64,000 nucleotides of DNA from Daphnia carinata (GCF_022539665.2 NC_081331.1:1364001-1428000), one strand, 5' to 3'. Shown: positions 14,801-29,485, counted from the first letter of the stretch. Program-made: numbers and translations. Notes: a model not told the origin generated them from the letters alone.

Positions 14801-15012
14801 AAGGCAAAAGCCAAAAGTCGACAGAAAGAAACCGCAGTGCGACGAGAAGCTTAAGCGCATTATTTCTCGTTTGTAACATTTTAATTCGCTGCCATTGATT
14901 TCTTCTTATGGCCAACATCAGGAATTAGTCTTTTCTTTTTTCATGTTAGTTGAGTCCTCCCAAAACGTTTCAATTCCGGGATTACGTATGCATAGTGCAA
15001 AATTCAATTGTA

Positions 15013-15014
<2 letters not shown>

Positions 15015-15046
<32 letters not shown>
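15015..15046. repeat. (TG)16 microsatellite
   Basis: Direct reading. Confidence 0.95.
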
Positions 15047-15049
<3 letters not shown>

Positions 15050-17127
15050 CTCATTCATATTTATTTCCGTGTTTTGTTTTTAAAGATTTATGTGATTTTT
15101 TTTTTAGCTTGGTGTATGGAAAGTTTATTACCAAGGTGGCGAATTGGAATGCTGGAAATGGCTCTTGACTGACGTGCCGTGCTGCCTTTTTGCTGATGGC
15201 GAGTGGCGGGTCCAACCTTTTGATGTTACCGCCCGTCGTTGGCCTCCTCGTCCGCAGGGAACCAACAGTGAAAAGAGACAGTCGGAGAAAGCATCAGCAC
15301 AATAATAAGATTTCCGGCTATAGCCCACGTAAATATTGTATATGTAGGTCGGTCTGTCTGCGTTAGCAATGTTTTGTTATGCTCGAAATTCTTTCCGGTT
15401 ACAGCGCAAGTCTACCTCTTTTCTTTTTTTTTTTTTTTTGTATCATGCATTTCTTTATTTTCGTTTTCGGCTTGTTTCCAGACGAAGCTGAGTAGACGTG
15501 ATGTACTCTTTTATTCTGTCTCGTCTAACCGGCACACGTGCCTTACTTTGTACGTACATTCATACAATACTGCATGTAGAGTTGATTACCTAAAAACAAA
15601 GTGTTGGCTCTTAGCAGAGTTATACGTGCTCTCTTTTTCTATTAGGTTTTTGTGGGGTTGACGCAGGGATTTAGTGTCTATATAGTTAAAAGGACTGGGA
15701 AATGTGTAGTTTCCGCGGTTTAAAAAATAGCGGCATGCTAACAGACTTGTGTACTGATTCCCGCTGAGCTTCGATTTCGAACTGCGCGAATAGAAAGAAA
15801 GAGCAGCATCTCACCGCACAGCAAAAGAAATTGATGCTGATTGATGAAGATGAGCTCAGCAATTCCACGGCGAATGTTTGTTTTTACCGCAGCTTTATGT
15901 TTGCCTCCAATGACTTTGAAATGGTAACTAAAATGAATTCGTTTCCTTATACAAACCATAGAAGTTTACCAACAAGCATTCGCTGTTCCCCAATTTGTTT
16001 TTCGTTTGCTTTTTCATTTTGAATTTTCTAAAAGATCTAAAGGCCTATAGCCAATCAATAGACAACGCAGTCGTGCGGCGATATATTGCGTGAAAATTTT
16101 TTAAAGGCATTTTAAAAGTTCGCTCTCCAATTGATCATCTGTCTTATAGGCGTACAAACACGCCCTACTCAAAACTTCTCTTTTTTTTTTTTCTTTCATT
16201 ATTATTTCGCCTGTGGCTTTCCTTTAGCGAACACTTTCAAAACAAAAGAATCATTTTCATTTTCCGTTTGTGTTTACCCGTTCTATACGAATCGGGACTT
16301 CTGCAATCAATAAACAGTTATAAAATGGAAGTAATAAAAAAGAAAGGGATATCGCTGCGAAACATCAAACGCTGTAGTGGGATGAAGGCAAAGATGTAAA
16401 TTGAATCAAATATATCCACGGAAAATACCGCAGCACGAAAGAAGTGTAGAAAAAAAAAGAATCAATATTACCAAGTCTATATATATATGTATATACAACA
16501 CACATTATCCAAATACGTATTGGCGAGGGGCCCTTATAAAAGGCCTATATCAATAGGGGAGTGCTGTCCAAGAGCATTTGAATTTTGATTGGATTTTGGA
16601 GGGGAAAGTGCCCGGCTTTTCGCAGATTCGTCTTTGCGCACCGACGGAGAATACGTTTCGCATTATATCGACGTTAAAGTGAACCAACTTTAAGTCTACT
16701 CTGCATGCCTTGTACGTAGAACTAAAAGAAGAACTGTGCATGTATACCAAAGGACTCTCTTTCTTTTTACGTCCGCCTTGACAGCAGGGCTTCCCTCTTT
16801 TGCGCGGATATTTCCCACGTGCCAACGGCAATAAAAGCACAAATAAAAGATAGTTGGGTTTATAAAAATATAAGCTATACACTACATGTGTGTGTGTGTG
16901 TCTATAAAAAAAAAGGCAGGCCGTGTATTGAAAAACAGGACGCAAAACTTGGGGAATTCTAGACTGAATCGAATCTCATTTCCTGTTGGCGAATAAAATA
17001 TCATTTTTTTTTGTTCAGTTCCCCGCGCCTGTCGCTTATAGTGACTGTAATAAAGAAATTCTCTCCTTTTTTTTAGCTTTTTCTTTTTGGTTACCACTAG
17101 AGGAGGGAAGAAAAAAAGGGACATTTG

Positions 17128-17128
<1 letters not shown>

Positions 17129-17174
<46 letters not shown>
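17129..17174. repeat. (TG)23 microsatellite
   Basis: Direct reading. Confidence 0.95.
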
Positions 17175-17175
<1 letters not shown>

Positions 17176-20100
17176 ATGCCATCACTTTCGCTGTTTCCAT
17201 GTCGTCCACATATGGGAACACTTTGCTCCGCGTGAAAAACTATTTTGAATAAATACGACAGTAGAAATTCCTTTTGCATGATGGATGAGGGACACGACAG
17301 GAATTAATATATCAAGCAACGTTATTACACATCATATCCTGTAATATGTGTAACGTTGGGTGCTAACAGTACAGCATTATTTGATTAATAATTTCTTCCC
17401 CTGTGTTATTCTGGTGACATATTATCGGAATTGATTGGTAAAAGTTCGTTCCATATTCCGGGTTTGCGTGGAGACATCAGTCAACTTGTAATCCATGCAA
17501 TACGCCAGGCTCATCCCCTCGATAATACGACATAGAGTTGGCCTGCCCAATTCTCAAGAGCTATGCAGTGATATGATTGAACGTTACACGGAGCTAAAGA
17601 AACCCCGTGAATTTTTCTTTGCCTTGTTAATATGATTTCGTTTTCTATTTCATAGCAAGACTACATTTTTCGCTAAAGGAAAACTCTTTTTATCAAGTAT
17701 TTTTTTTTTTCATTCATTTTCCTATTTGATCGCGAAAAGCTAACGTCTTTAATAGTTGCCTTGATATCACAAAGCAGTCCCATAAAGGGAATGTACCATG
17801 TTTACGATGCATGCAATGTATTACGTCAGAAGAGGAAATACAATGGGGAGCAAAAGAAAAATTCAATGTCGTGTTTTGCACGCAAATATTGTTAGATTAG
17901 ATATCTACATTTCTCGCTTTAGGTCTATTGTTGGTGATAGTGAATTACTGCAGGTCAGCTTCATGCTTTCATGTTCTTGCTGTTTTTCATCCCTCGACAA
18001 CTAAACAAAAAAAAATGCATATAAATAACAAGCCATTTTGTTTTTGCTTTTCCCTTTTCTTCTTTGATAAGGGATAAACTAAACACAGAAGGAGGGCTAT
18101 GGTAAATGGCTTTCTCTTTGTTGTCGCAGCTTGACTGAGTCCGGTTATTTAGATATATGGATGCTGTGTGCGCATGTGTGTGAATGTACATAGCATAGAT
18201 CTTGTGTGTGCTGGTACGTGAAAGAGGAGCTTTTATACGCAGAGGAGACAGATGAAGAAACAAGGAGAAAAAAGAATCGTTTCCTGCCAACTTTTCCTTA
18301 TCGCTTTTTTTGTCTTTTGTTTCAGCTATGTTCCTCTTTTGCTGGTACGCCTACATAGGGACGATCTGTATAATAGCATCATGCGTATGTACTTTCATTA
18401 TATAAATACTGTACGCATCCAGTTGTATGTGTCTATAAGGTCTGTTACATGCATGTCTATACGCTTGCGGACGTGTCGACTCGTCGTGCGCTTTTTTGCT
18501 AAAGGGCCGTAAAACCAATAAAAAAGAAGAATGGTAGACAGAGAAAAGTATATACAGAGTACCATCCAGGGCAGAGGGATGGTAAGCAGCAAAAAAAAAA
18601 TTGATGAAATCGAAGGAAGAGGAGATGGTGGCTTGTTACCCTGAAGAAAGAAATCCGACCATGCGTGAAAATAAATTTCGCCCTCTCACGTCCAATTTTT
18701 GATGTCTTTTTTGCCGCTATTGTCTCTCGCTAGTAAATATAATAGTACCTGCTACTTTATTTCCATCGCTTATTTCTTTTGTTTTATGTTTCACATTTTT
18801 ATGATTACATTTTTCATGTAAAAAGACATGTACGAGGAAATTCGATGGAGTAAACAGGGACGAGGGTAGACGGAAGCGCGGCTGAGCTGATTGGCGAACG
18901 CGGTCACGTCAAAACCCCGTCCTCCTCCCTCCTCACGATGCAATACACACGGGACGCTAGTTCCGCTTTTAATGTCCTGCTGACGCTTTGCTCTTGGGGC
19001 CAGCGGCAGTTATACAAGCAAGCAGATATAGAGGACAGAAAACACACCAATGTGGATTTTGCTACACAAGGAGTGTCGTCTCTTTCCCTCTCCTGATGCC
19101 CAAGATCTTTTGCTGCAGCCAGTCACGCTGCGGCGCCTTTTTAATTTCGCTTTGCCGACAACACCAACGGTCCTGTCTCTTCGCCTTCCTTTTCCATCTC
19201 CTTATAGCCCTGAGCTGTCCTAACACTATAGGATGAGGTGTGTGTCCTCCTTGTGTGTGTCTGTCCGTGTGTGTGGTTCGCATCCTTATAGATGTGCTGA
19301 TCCCGAAAGTTACATCCGGGCCCAACCCAAACAGACTGGATACCGCCAAATTCAATTCAACTGTCATAACGATTTTCTTTTTTGGTCAGCTTTTTCTTTT
19401 GGGATATTTAAGACACGATGTTTCAACCGATGTTTACCCACACGTGTACTGCACAGTCTACCAACATTTCGACGGACGAACTGCGGAAGGAGAATACAAG
19501 AGTATAGCTGATTTGCATGTTCGAAATATAAACAGAGAACTGAACTTGTGTGGAACGATACAAGTTTTCATATTAAAGTAGTACAAAATTAAGGCGATGA
19601 AACACATATCGGTGGACTTCTCTATTAGGCTACTTGCGTACGCACTGATTAGTGAGTACTTTTTCAAAAATTCTGTTTGTGTAAAAAGGCTTTTCCGCTT
19701 GAATTGAATTGGACGATGCACGTTTTTTTTTCTTTCGAGCAGGGAAATTAACAAACTGTCATTACGTATTGAAATCAAAATGGTTTACTTATTTGTTTGT
19801 AATTTTCTTGGCTTCCAACACATGTTTGTTTATCCCAACAGCTTTGCGAAATATCAACGCTTCGTACTGAGTAACCTGTGCGTACTTGTACTCTTTGACC
19901 CGTACGTACTACCCCTGTTCAAAGAAAAAATAGATTCATAATAAGTTCCGTTTGTAACTCACAGTTCAGTAAAAGTAATTGAAACAGTTTGAAACACGCC
20001 TCAAGAAATTTTCTCATGTTATCCTCTGATGTATACAGTAAACGAACTTTTAGCCGGTTTTAATGTTTTTGTCGGCATTTATACGTGCACAAGAGTATAG

Positions 20101-22485
20101 ATAGTGAAGGGGTTTGTTTGCTGGTCCACTAGGAACGCAATTTTTTATATTTTAACATTGAAATATTTTTTAAACTTTTTATTTATGTTTTTAACCCTGT
20201 TTGTTGTTCAACTGAAGCTCGAACTTGATATATGTATCGTCTGTTGTCCCGATGATAGCGAAAATTTCTACACCCTTCCGCTTTTATACACGCATGCTTT
20301 ATAGATCCAAGAGCCGCACGATTTCATTTCACATCATCTTTCTCTCTATCCATTTTTTTTTATTATAATTTTTTGTTGTTAGGTAGCCCGCACTATAACT
20401 TTGTAAAAAAAAAAAGAATAAAGGAAAGAAGCGTCAACAACTCAACATTGCGCTCACCCACTTTAGATAATCGATCTTTCCAGTCAGATGCTATTTCGGC
20501 ACTTACTGTACGTTGTACACTCTGAAGCATTTTCCGCACCATCCGGATCTCATTTCCCCCATCTGCATCCACCACATTCGTGCGTGTGCAGCCCGCAAAT
20601 GACGTCAGTAGACGGGAAACGTAAGGCGGTAATAAGACATGTATATCTCTGACGTAGATGCCGTTCACCTATACCTAATACATAAAAAAAATGTGAAAAG
20701 GGAATAGCCTGGGACTTTTCCATGTCCTTATAGACATCTATTGATCGATCTTTGCACTCTGATACGGCGGGATTGATCCGTGTCTCGTTCTATGGCCGTA
20801 TGAGTCTCACTGCAATCTTGCCCGTTATTGCAAGATTTTTTTCTTCCACCACGCTTTTTTATACTGCCATTCCGAGACTTACGCCAGAGCGTGATTTTCT
20901 TAGGAAATTTGTTGAATTTCGTGCTTTCTATTTAATTGGTCATCTTCCAAAGTGTTGCTATACGAAAAGCGCGCCCAGATTCAAAAAGGAAGGACAAAGC
21001 AGCTTTGACTGAATACAGCTTTTATGTACGAACAGTTTTTTTGTTAGATTTATCCTTTTCAAAAATTTCTATTCGGCGAGCAACAATAAAGATGAGCTTT
21101 CGGTCTGTTACTGGTCAAAGACTTGTCCTGCTTTCCTTTAATGTTTTACCCTCTTCCCCATTTTTAAGGCTCTGATGTATGAATGAACGTGATGTTCGTT
21201 TATAGTTGTCAACACTGCAATTTCTTTGTCTGCATCTACTTGTTTCCATGGCTGCTCCTGCATTGGCCGCCTTTTAGTGCAAAGTATAAGGTATAAGTGA
21301 ATAGGTCAAAGAGGCATTGCCAGGGAGATATAACTATAGCCTTCTACTCCAAACGAAACAACATGTATTTATAATGCGAGTGGAAAACAGAAGGGACAAG
21401 CGGCAGCCATCGCCATCGTGAATAAATTAACATGTGGAAGTCTCGCGTTGGCTGCACTCCAACGAGTTTTTCGACAGAAAAAGAATTTAGGAAACTTTGT
21501 ATAGTGATAGCAATTAACAACTATCTTGATTTGTTGCATACTTCAGGCATTAGAAGAGGCTGGTGCGTAGGTGAGACGCAGCTTTTTTTTTTTTTTTCGA
21601 AATACGAACGTGAAGATATTGGTAGACTTAACAAAATAAGAAAATGGTAAAACAGAAAGGAACGCTAATGAAGGCAGAATAGAGGCAGAATAGAATTAGG
21701 CGATGGAGCCTCACCGGTATATTCCATTCTATTTAATTAAGCAATTAACATAAATTATTTTCGGGATGCGGTCCATCGTATTGGATAACGAGTAACAATG
21801 TATGTTCAAATTTTCGTCGAATTAGCATATCTCATCACAGCAATCAAAGCTCGCCAGCGAAAGGTGTCCATTTAAAAAAATTGCACTCTGTACTTTGGCA
21901 ACTTAAGCTTCGTAATTTTACCAAGGAAAGAAGCAAATTTTACCGAAGGTTAACGTAGCGCCAAGGGCCAAGGGATCCTTGACACTGGTCTGGTTGACCA
22001 AGTCCTTGCCCTTAATTTTGCTTAACCAATAGTAAACCACCGTCCTAATGCGAATGGAGATCCAAGGATAGCAGATCTACTTTTCCTTAATTGTTTTATT
22101 GCGCTACTAATAGAAATGAAAAATTTTGGGTTTTGGTTCAACCGAAATGAGTAAAAGAATGAGAATTTCATGGGAAGACTGCCTCTTCAGTCATGTACAT
22201 TGACTAGAGAAAATTCCTTCTGAAACAAGTGAAAACTGTTCTGAAAATCTTACTGATCAGTCAAATAGATTCGCCAGCCAACCAATTCCAGTCGAGTAGG
22301 GTTTCGTTTTTAGCTGTAATCCACATTTGTTTAAGGCAAATATGCACAAGTTTGTAATGCAATGAACTAGAACTGCGAATACTGTATGGAAATAGGGCCA
22401 AGCCCGACCTACAGGGCATTTATCCAAATGCATTTTCGGTTTTCATCATAGTTTCATTAACAGTTATAAAACTTTTTACTTACCA

Positions 22486-23236
22486 AATATTTCTGCTGCA
22501 TCGCATTAGCGCTGTAGCGTACTGGCGCGCTACCATTGTGTCAAATATGCGATGCATTTCAAAAACGGTTAACTTAATGAAAAATATAACAGTTTTATGG
22601 GAATCAGCATTCAATTTTAAGTATATCCCGTGATATTTAATCTATTCCGATGAGTGTCAGTTTTTGCAGAAAATTTTTTTAAGCCCGATGAAATAAGCCC
22701 GACTTTTCTTATTTTTCTATTTTTTACAAATAATTAAAAAACCATAAGACCAATTGGAAAATAAATTTGATTTCCGTGATAAGCATTCAATTCTGAATGA
22801 AAATCATGTATTTTGTACGAAATTTAAAATTTAGCCAAAAATGAAAAAGTGCAATAGCCTTACCACTTTTGTCAAAATCGGCCAAAAATGTCATCTCTTG
22901 GAATTTATTGGAAATCACACAGTATAATAAAAACTTCACGCTGATTAGGAAAAAGCCATTCGCTTTCTTTTAAAGTTAGCAGTTTTTTTATTACACTGAA
23001 TAGTCCTGCAAAAAATAAGAAGAGTCGGGCTTATTTGGTCGGGCTTAAAAATATTTTCTGCAAAAACCGGCACTCATCGGAATTGGTTGAATATTACGTG
23101 ATATACTCAAAATTGAATGTTGATTCCGACAAAACTGTTATTTTTTTCATTAAGTCAACCATTTTGGAAATAACCGAATATTTCTGCTGCATCGCTCTAG
23201 CGCTGTAGCGTGCTGGCGCGCTAGCATGTTGTCAAA
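22486..23236. mobile_element. Non-autonomous foldback/MITE-like element or remnant: 160-bp inverted repeats flanked by 60-bp direct repeats
   Basis: 22557-22716 is the reverse complement of 23011-23170 (roughly 85% identical by eye). 22486-22545 and 23177-23236 are direct copies with 6 mismatches in 60. There is no ORF. Confidence 0.65.
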
Positions 23237-26200
23237 GCAGCTGTTTTTTAAATAACAAAAGAAAAATATTGATATTCTCTCGTTGTGTCAACTTTCGCCA
23301 TCTGCTGGCAAAAATATCAGTATAATTACGTGAGATACCATCTATTGCCAAAAGATTGTTAATACCTACCCCATCTATTGGCACAGATATCGTTAAATAA
23401 TTTTTTTTTTTCATTTTGATGAAATCCCTATCAGGAAATTTCTATTTTTCACACGTACAGTACGTCTAACGATTTTGATGGGGTTTGAAACGCTTCGAGA
23501 TGTGGGTTAGATTGCGAAAATGGGATTGACCTTTTCTCAGGCGAATCAAGGCGCGAAAGCATGATCTTGAATTGTTGCATCGCTTTCATACCAGTAGATT
23601 TTTAGCTTATTTTGAACACGAAAGAGTGATCCATACAACGAAAACGAAATTTACAGTGTGTCTTAACACTTTTTTTATCATTCTTTTCCTCGTTCTGTAA
23701 AAAGGCCTTTGGACGTTGTCTTTTAATAAGCCAAGGAAAGAAAATGATTGTAGTCAATGCGTCAGAAAAATTTTTATTGAAAGTCCTCGTCTTGTTACTT
23801 GTCTCACATTGTGCGAACAATACGAGCATCTGACACAATTTCTTGGTTTCTAATACTAATCAAATATACGTGGTAAAACCGTTTGCCCAAGCAGTTTTAG
23901 GAAATGGTTCATTCTTTCGCTAGAAGATGATTGTATAAGCCTGTAGCTTCTACACTCTCCTAAATAAAATGTTTTATCGCAACGGTAGAACGGTCGTATA
24001 CACAGAACCTCCATAATAATACGGAAACGAATCATGTTCCTCTCATGTCATTCCCTTCAGGCCGCTTGACCAGCAATAACTTTTGGACGAATAAATGACG
24101 TCGTCATGTAGACTGGCCAGTGCTGTGTACTAAGAAATAGTTGGCCGACGGAGCAAAACCCGTTTTGGAGGTTACAGCGGTTTTGATGTCAGTCATATGG
24201 AAGTAATGGCTCCGTGATTATAACCTTCGATCCCATCAGCCAAAAAAACCCTTTGCTTTGAAAGCGCAACATTTTCAGACCTATCCTGGCGGTGCACTCC
24301 TCAAGTCTTATATGCGGAAAGAATAGTGAGCGCGTTGCTTTCAAATGGGAAACACTGGATGGAAGAAGAGCTTCACCAGTTATAAGTTTTCTTTTCTCAT
24401 TCGTTGTCTTCTATGGCAATACGTATAAACTAACTAAGGGGTTTCTGGATAGAGAAAAATTTTATTTCACTAGCCTAACTCTCGGATTTGTTGTTTAATC
24501 TTTGCAATTATTTGAACATTACGGACAATCTAAGTTTATAGCGCCTGACATAAAAGAATTAAGTTTCACAAATTGGGCAGGGAATTTCAGAATTTATTTA
24601 CCATTTAATGATCAATACATGTATTATTCTTATTATCTTTAGGATTTAGATAGTCTGGTTTATTCTAATGCCCACTACCACCGTCCTTTTATATCGTCGA
24701 GTGAAACTCAAAAGGATATTGCAACAAATAAACTCATCTGGCTCCGTTTTTTTTATCCAGAAGTAGGATGCGTTTGGATGAAGAAATGCATGATCTCATC
24801 CCCCATGCGACAGTAACGGTCCTGGACCGATGCGTAGTCCGCCTGAAACAGCTTTTGCAATTCCGCCTACCCATGCTTCTCTCCTGGCTTTCTCATTTAT
24901 TTCCAGCATCTTTTTTCCCTACGTCTACGCTCTTTTTCATTTCTTCTATTCCACTTTTGACTATTTTTTTTTGTACCCTTGAAGCTGCTCCACTTTCTTC
25001 TTCTCCGTTCCCTTCAACAGCATGGATTCCCCAGCTTCATTTTTTCACCCTTTCCCTCTTGGTTTTCAGCCTATGTTACATTAAGCATCAAAGCCGAAAG
25101 ATAGAAGAAGAAAAAAACATGCGCAGAGCACCGAGTGGGTAGCGTATAATTGTGCAGGAGTCCCGCCGATTCCCTGTCACTTTGATAATATAAAAAAATG
25201 CCGAGGGAATTAAACGGCACATACGCAACGGTGGACTTCGAGAGCAAGTAGACGTGGAAATGAACGTGATACGGGTACAACGGATGTACTCTACATATCG
25301 CAAACTATGAAGGAAAGAGATGCGGGCAAAACACAAGAAAACGACCGAATAAAAAAGAGGAAGGAAAGAAGCCTTTGATCTCGTCTAAATGCGTTGATAG
25401 TCTTTTGTCGCACGCTCAGCATCCACATGCCACATGTTTTTGACAGCAAATATTGCTGGCCGGCTCTGTAGACGGGAAAAAGAACGAAACTAAAAAAGAA
25501 TGAACGAGCTGTCGTTGTGACGCCCAGGTTTACCGCTAACCCGCCACCGCATGCTGTGGTACCTACGTTGGATTGGTTTGAGCTCGTTTTTCTCTCCTGC
25601 TCGGCATTCACGATTTTACCTGCCGTTTGGACTTTTATTCTTTGGCCAGGACAGGCGGCCTTTTTTTATTCTTTGATGTATGCATGAAAAAATCCTTTTC
25701 AGCCTTTTTTCTCCCTGAGCCCATTCTGCCTCGTTGTTTCTTTTGCTTGGTCTGCTGTGCATATGAAATCCTGATACCAACGAGTGCATGTATTCTGCAT
25801 AATATTTGTAATAAACGACTGCGGGCTATGCACCTTACAAAGGTCAACGCTCGCTTACGTAAGAAAGAAAAGGAAATGCATCTTTATTATTTTCTGTATT
25901 GCGTAGCCTATATATGTGTAATACAACAAAGAAGACAAAGGATAGCTTAAAAGGCAAAAAAAAAAAAGAAAAATCTCTGTCGCCATTCGCAAAGTAGGAA
26001 CAAGAAAAAAAATGTTTTGTTTGACCTGTTTTTCTTTCTTTCCTCAAATGCCCTTTAGGAGTTTTATGTGATGGGGTACATAGAACTCCATAAGCAAAAC
26101 ATACAGCTCTCTTCCTTTTCTTCTCGTGCCTATAGATACAGCATTGTGTGCCTGATGAAAAGTGGGTGAAAGCTAAGAACTTTCCTAGCTGGATGTACAT

Positions 26201-26718
26201 CATTTGATTTGTAGCATTGAAGATGGCAGTCGAAAAAGTTAGTCCCGAACGTGATGGGTGGCTGAAATTTGTCAAGCAAAAAGTTACTGGAAATAAGAAA
26301 AATTCGCTCTATATATGAAAGACTAGACATTAGGGAGAATGTCGTTTGGTTCAATATTATAACTGTATAGAAAACCTTCTACCCGTGAAGAAATCTTAAA
26401 AATATAGTTCGCTTTCTTTCCCCTTCTGTAGCCATTTGTTACGAAACAAAACAAAACAAAATGCTTTGGAACGTACAAAACAAAACGACAGCGACATCTT
26501 TATTTAGTACATTTATATATAGACGACTTCCTGTAGACACAAGACGTATATGCTGGAAAATTCAGTGTGATATAGTGAGAATCGATCATCATCTTTGAGA
26601 TGAACCAAGAGTTATAGCTTTGCAGACTGTACCGTAACACTCATTTTATGTTTTACTGTCGCGCCTCAATGCTCCGTGTAATAATTTTAGGGGAGGTCTA
26701 TTTCTAGTGAACGTACAT

Positions 26719-26745
26719 CCCCCCCCCCCCCCCCCCCCCCCCCCC
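26719..26745. repeat. C27 homopolymer
   Basis: Direct reading. Confidence 0.9.
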
Positions 26746-26769
26746 TATTCCGTGTAGAGTCGTATATGC

Positions 26770-27675
26770 GAAGATAAATTTGAGACATCATATCTCCGGC
26801 AAGTTCTTCGTCATCCTTAAAAAACCGAATGATCGATTGTGCTTTCAAGTGGATACGATAGCAAAGATGGTGAAATCATTGTACCATACGGTTATGTGGC
26901 CAAAAAAGAAGATGGTCGCAAGCCAGATTAGTATATAGATCACCTAAGGCTTATTACATTGGGGTTCAACCGAACCTTTTTTTTTTGGTCTGATGGAATT
27001 GCTCCGGGTAAAAGCTATATTTCCCAAAATTAATAGGAAGGCAATAAAGGGAGAAATGTATATCGTGAGTCCGATGTATTATTGCTGCAGTTACTATAAA
27101 GCTCCGCGCTTTTGTCAGTACATGAGAAAATGCGTATACTCCAACATAAGGCGACATGGCCGGATAAAGGTGATGATGCCTGGTGGATAACGACAGTAGC
27201 CCTGAACGCGGAGGCTCCCACATTGTTGACTGCGTAGCCTATACTTCTTAAAATGTTGTGTACGTCAACCATCTATCGTTAAGGCGTTTATATACAACAG
27301 AAAGCAATGGTCTTCAGTCTTGATTGATGCTATCATTTTTCCAGATCACAATAAGAAGAAGAATGGTGGTTAACTGTATGTATGGCGAAGATTCAGTACA
27401 TCGTGTTAGCGTAATAGCACAGTTGTCGATCGGAACCTTATGGTGATATGTGTGCCATATATTCCAGTGGGATTTACACGGTGGTGTCATGTAGGTCGCA
27501 CATTGCTATAAATAAGGACAAAAACAAGGGCACCATATATGTTCCATCTTTAAGCTTGAAGTACGATGGGCTGTATGTTGGTTGTCAAAACCATCGTAAG
27601 AAACATTTGAAAGACCGACATGTCAGACGTGGTGTTTACCAGAAAACGATGAAGCTTGTCAAGTTGAGTTGGTAA
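26770..27675 (+). pseudogene. Possible decayed coding sequence (TE, viral or gene remnant)
   Basis: Almost free of the homopolymer runs typical of the flanks; one frame reads protein-like across scattered stops (SIVLSSGYDSKDGEIIVPYGYVAKKEDGRKPD*YIDHLRLITLGFNR...HKATWPDKGDDAWWITTVAL). No family recognised. Confidence 0.25.
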
Positions 27676-28839
27676 ACTATGAAATGTTTGATGTCGGATA
27701 AGAAAAAGAAAATCATAAACGTTTCCGTCATTAACCGTGGTTCTGTGAATATGTTCCGCTTAAGTTGCAAGTGGTTGGTAGCTCCGTAATATAACAGCCT
27801 CAACACATCTCATTCATGATTTATCTTATAGAGTTGAGCATTTACTTGACGTTTTAACGAATGCAAATGCGATGGTGGTGCCATAATGGTGCGATAATGT
27901 CCATCGGTTATTCACGTAAACGTATTACCCGTTCCGCGTGAGTTTACGTCTAATCATGAAGAGCTGAGCCATCCTGCTATGGTCTAGAGCAGAAGGCTTT
28001 TCATCATTCCACCGTTTATTGAGATTAGAATTATGAAAGACTAATATAGTATATCCAGCTTACCTGTCTCTTTATCCTTCTGCATCTTTGATAGTTCACC
28101 TCAAATTCTAATTAGTATGATTGACAGCCCTGTATCACCGTTTTACCAATGTGTGTCAAAAATCCCATAAATACCAACATCCAGCAAAAATCGAAATTTG
28201 GCGACCGAACCCCAGCCGAGAAGGATTGTGAAGCTTTTCTTCACGCTCTGGTACAATGGAAACTTTGTATTCTTCTCTCATTTGGTTTCAACATATTATA
28301 GCTCTTCGTTCCGTCTGTCACTCTGATAAAAATTTTGGCTATATGCGCCGGTTGACAAACGTATGAGCCATTCTTGAGACAACATCATTATGCAACGGCA
28401 GTGCAGTATATCTGCCTGCATCGCTCCGAAAAGACCTCTACAGCTCTAGACATAGTCTTCTCTCTGCCTGTATAACGACAGCTCATCTTCTTCAACCCAG
28501 GCTTTTTCGCATCCTTTTGTTTTTGAACGTATACAGGTTAAAGCCCTGTGCGCTTGGTTAAAAAGATCTATTTACTTAGTGTATCATCATTATTCGTTTA
28601 AAATCCCCATATATCCAACGATAAAGTGAATCAATAGTCCTAATAGCTAATGTATCAACAACATTTCAAATGGAGTATGGTGAGTCAATATTTTTGAAAT
28701 ACTTTTCTTTAAAATTTCTTTTCTGGAAATTCCACGTTATTGGCATCAATGAACGAGACACGGCGCATGCGTTTACCGTTTATTTGATGCCATTGCTGCT
28801 TTCCTGCCGCTTCCTTCCGGCTGAGGTGAGATGCATCGA

Positions 28840-29070
28840 TTTGAAGAAGGCAGCGCAGGAGGCTGCTGTTGCCGCCTCTGCTGCTGTCAGCTCCCTGGAT
28901 AGCGGTGTGCTTGAGAGTGTCTACACTCGGGTGCTTCAGTCACTGCCCAGACGGGGCCGTGGTCGTATGTGCGAGCTCGACGCACTCATCCCCTGTTGTC
29001 TTTTCATCGTCTTTCCTCTCCGTTTTCTGTGTTTGTTGGATCTCTTTTTGCCAATCAGTTTCAGTTCGAA
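28840..29070 (+). promoter_or_regulatory. Putative core promoter / start of 5' UTR of the receptor gene
   Basis: Locally GC-rich island with arthropod Inr-like TCAGTC (28936) and tandem TCAGTT (29055, 29061), 470-600 bp upstream of the ATG. No correctly spaced DPE was found. Confidence 0.3.
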
Positions 29071-29386
29071 AGACTGGCTGCGACGTCATCCCACCGTCCT
29101 CATTAGCCTCTTTTTTTAAATTGCAATATTTGGGGGGTGGCGGCTCGTGGCAGCAAAACAAAAAAGACTCGTGTGATTATTTTGTTTGGTTTTTAACGCT
29201 CAGCTAGTGGTCGTGGCTCTTCAAAACTTTAATTAAAACAGAACGAGAGTGTGCTATTGGTTTCTATTTATTCTCAACGACAACATTTTCTTGCTTCCTC
29301 CTTTATTTCGTACAGTGAAAGAAAAACTAAAAAGGACTAAGATTCGCAAGGAGACGTCCACATATTTTCAAACGATCCGGAACAAC

Positions 29387-29485
29387 ATGTTGAGCCCCAC
29401 TGCTGGTCGTCGGAGGCAGCAGCTGGTCGTTCTGTTTGTCATCGACACGAAGTTGACGGTGTCTACCTTGAAACTTGAACGTTGA
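29387..29485 (+). promoter_or_regulatory. Second uORF (32 aa) in the putative 5' UTR of the receptor
   Basis: AACATG start, reads MLSPTAGRRRQQLVVLFVIDTKLTVSTLKLER*, and ends 6 nt before the next uORF. It requires this region to be exonic. Confidence 0.35.
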
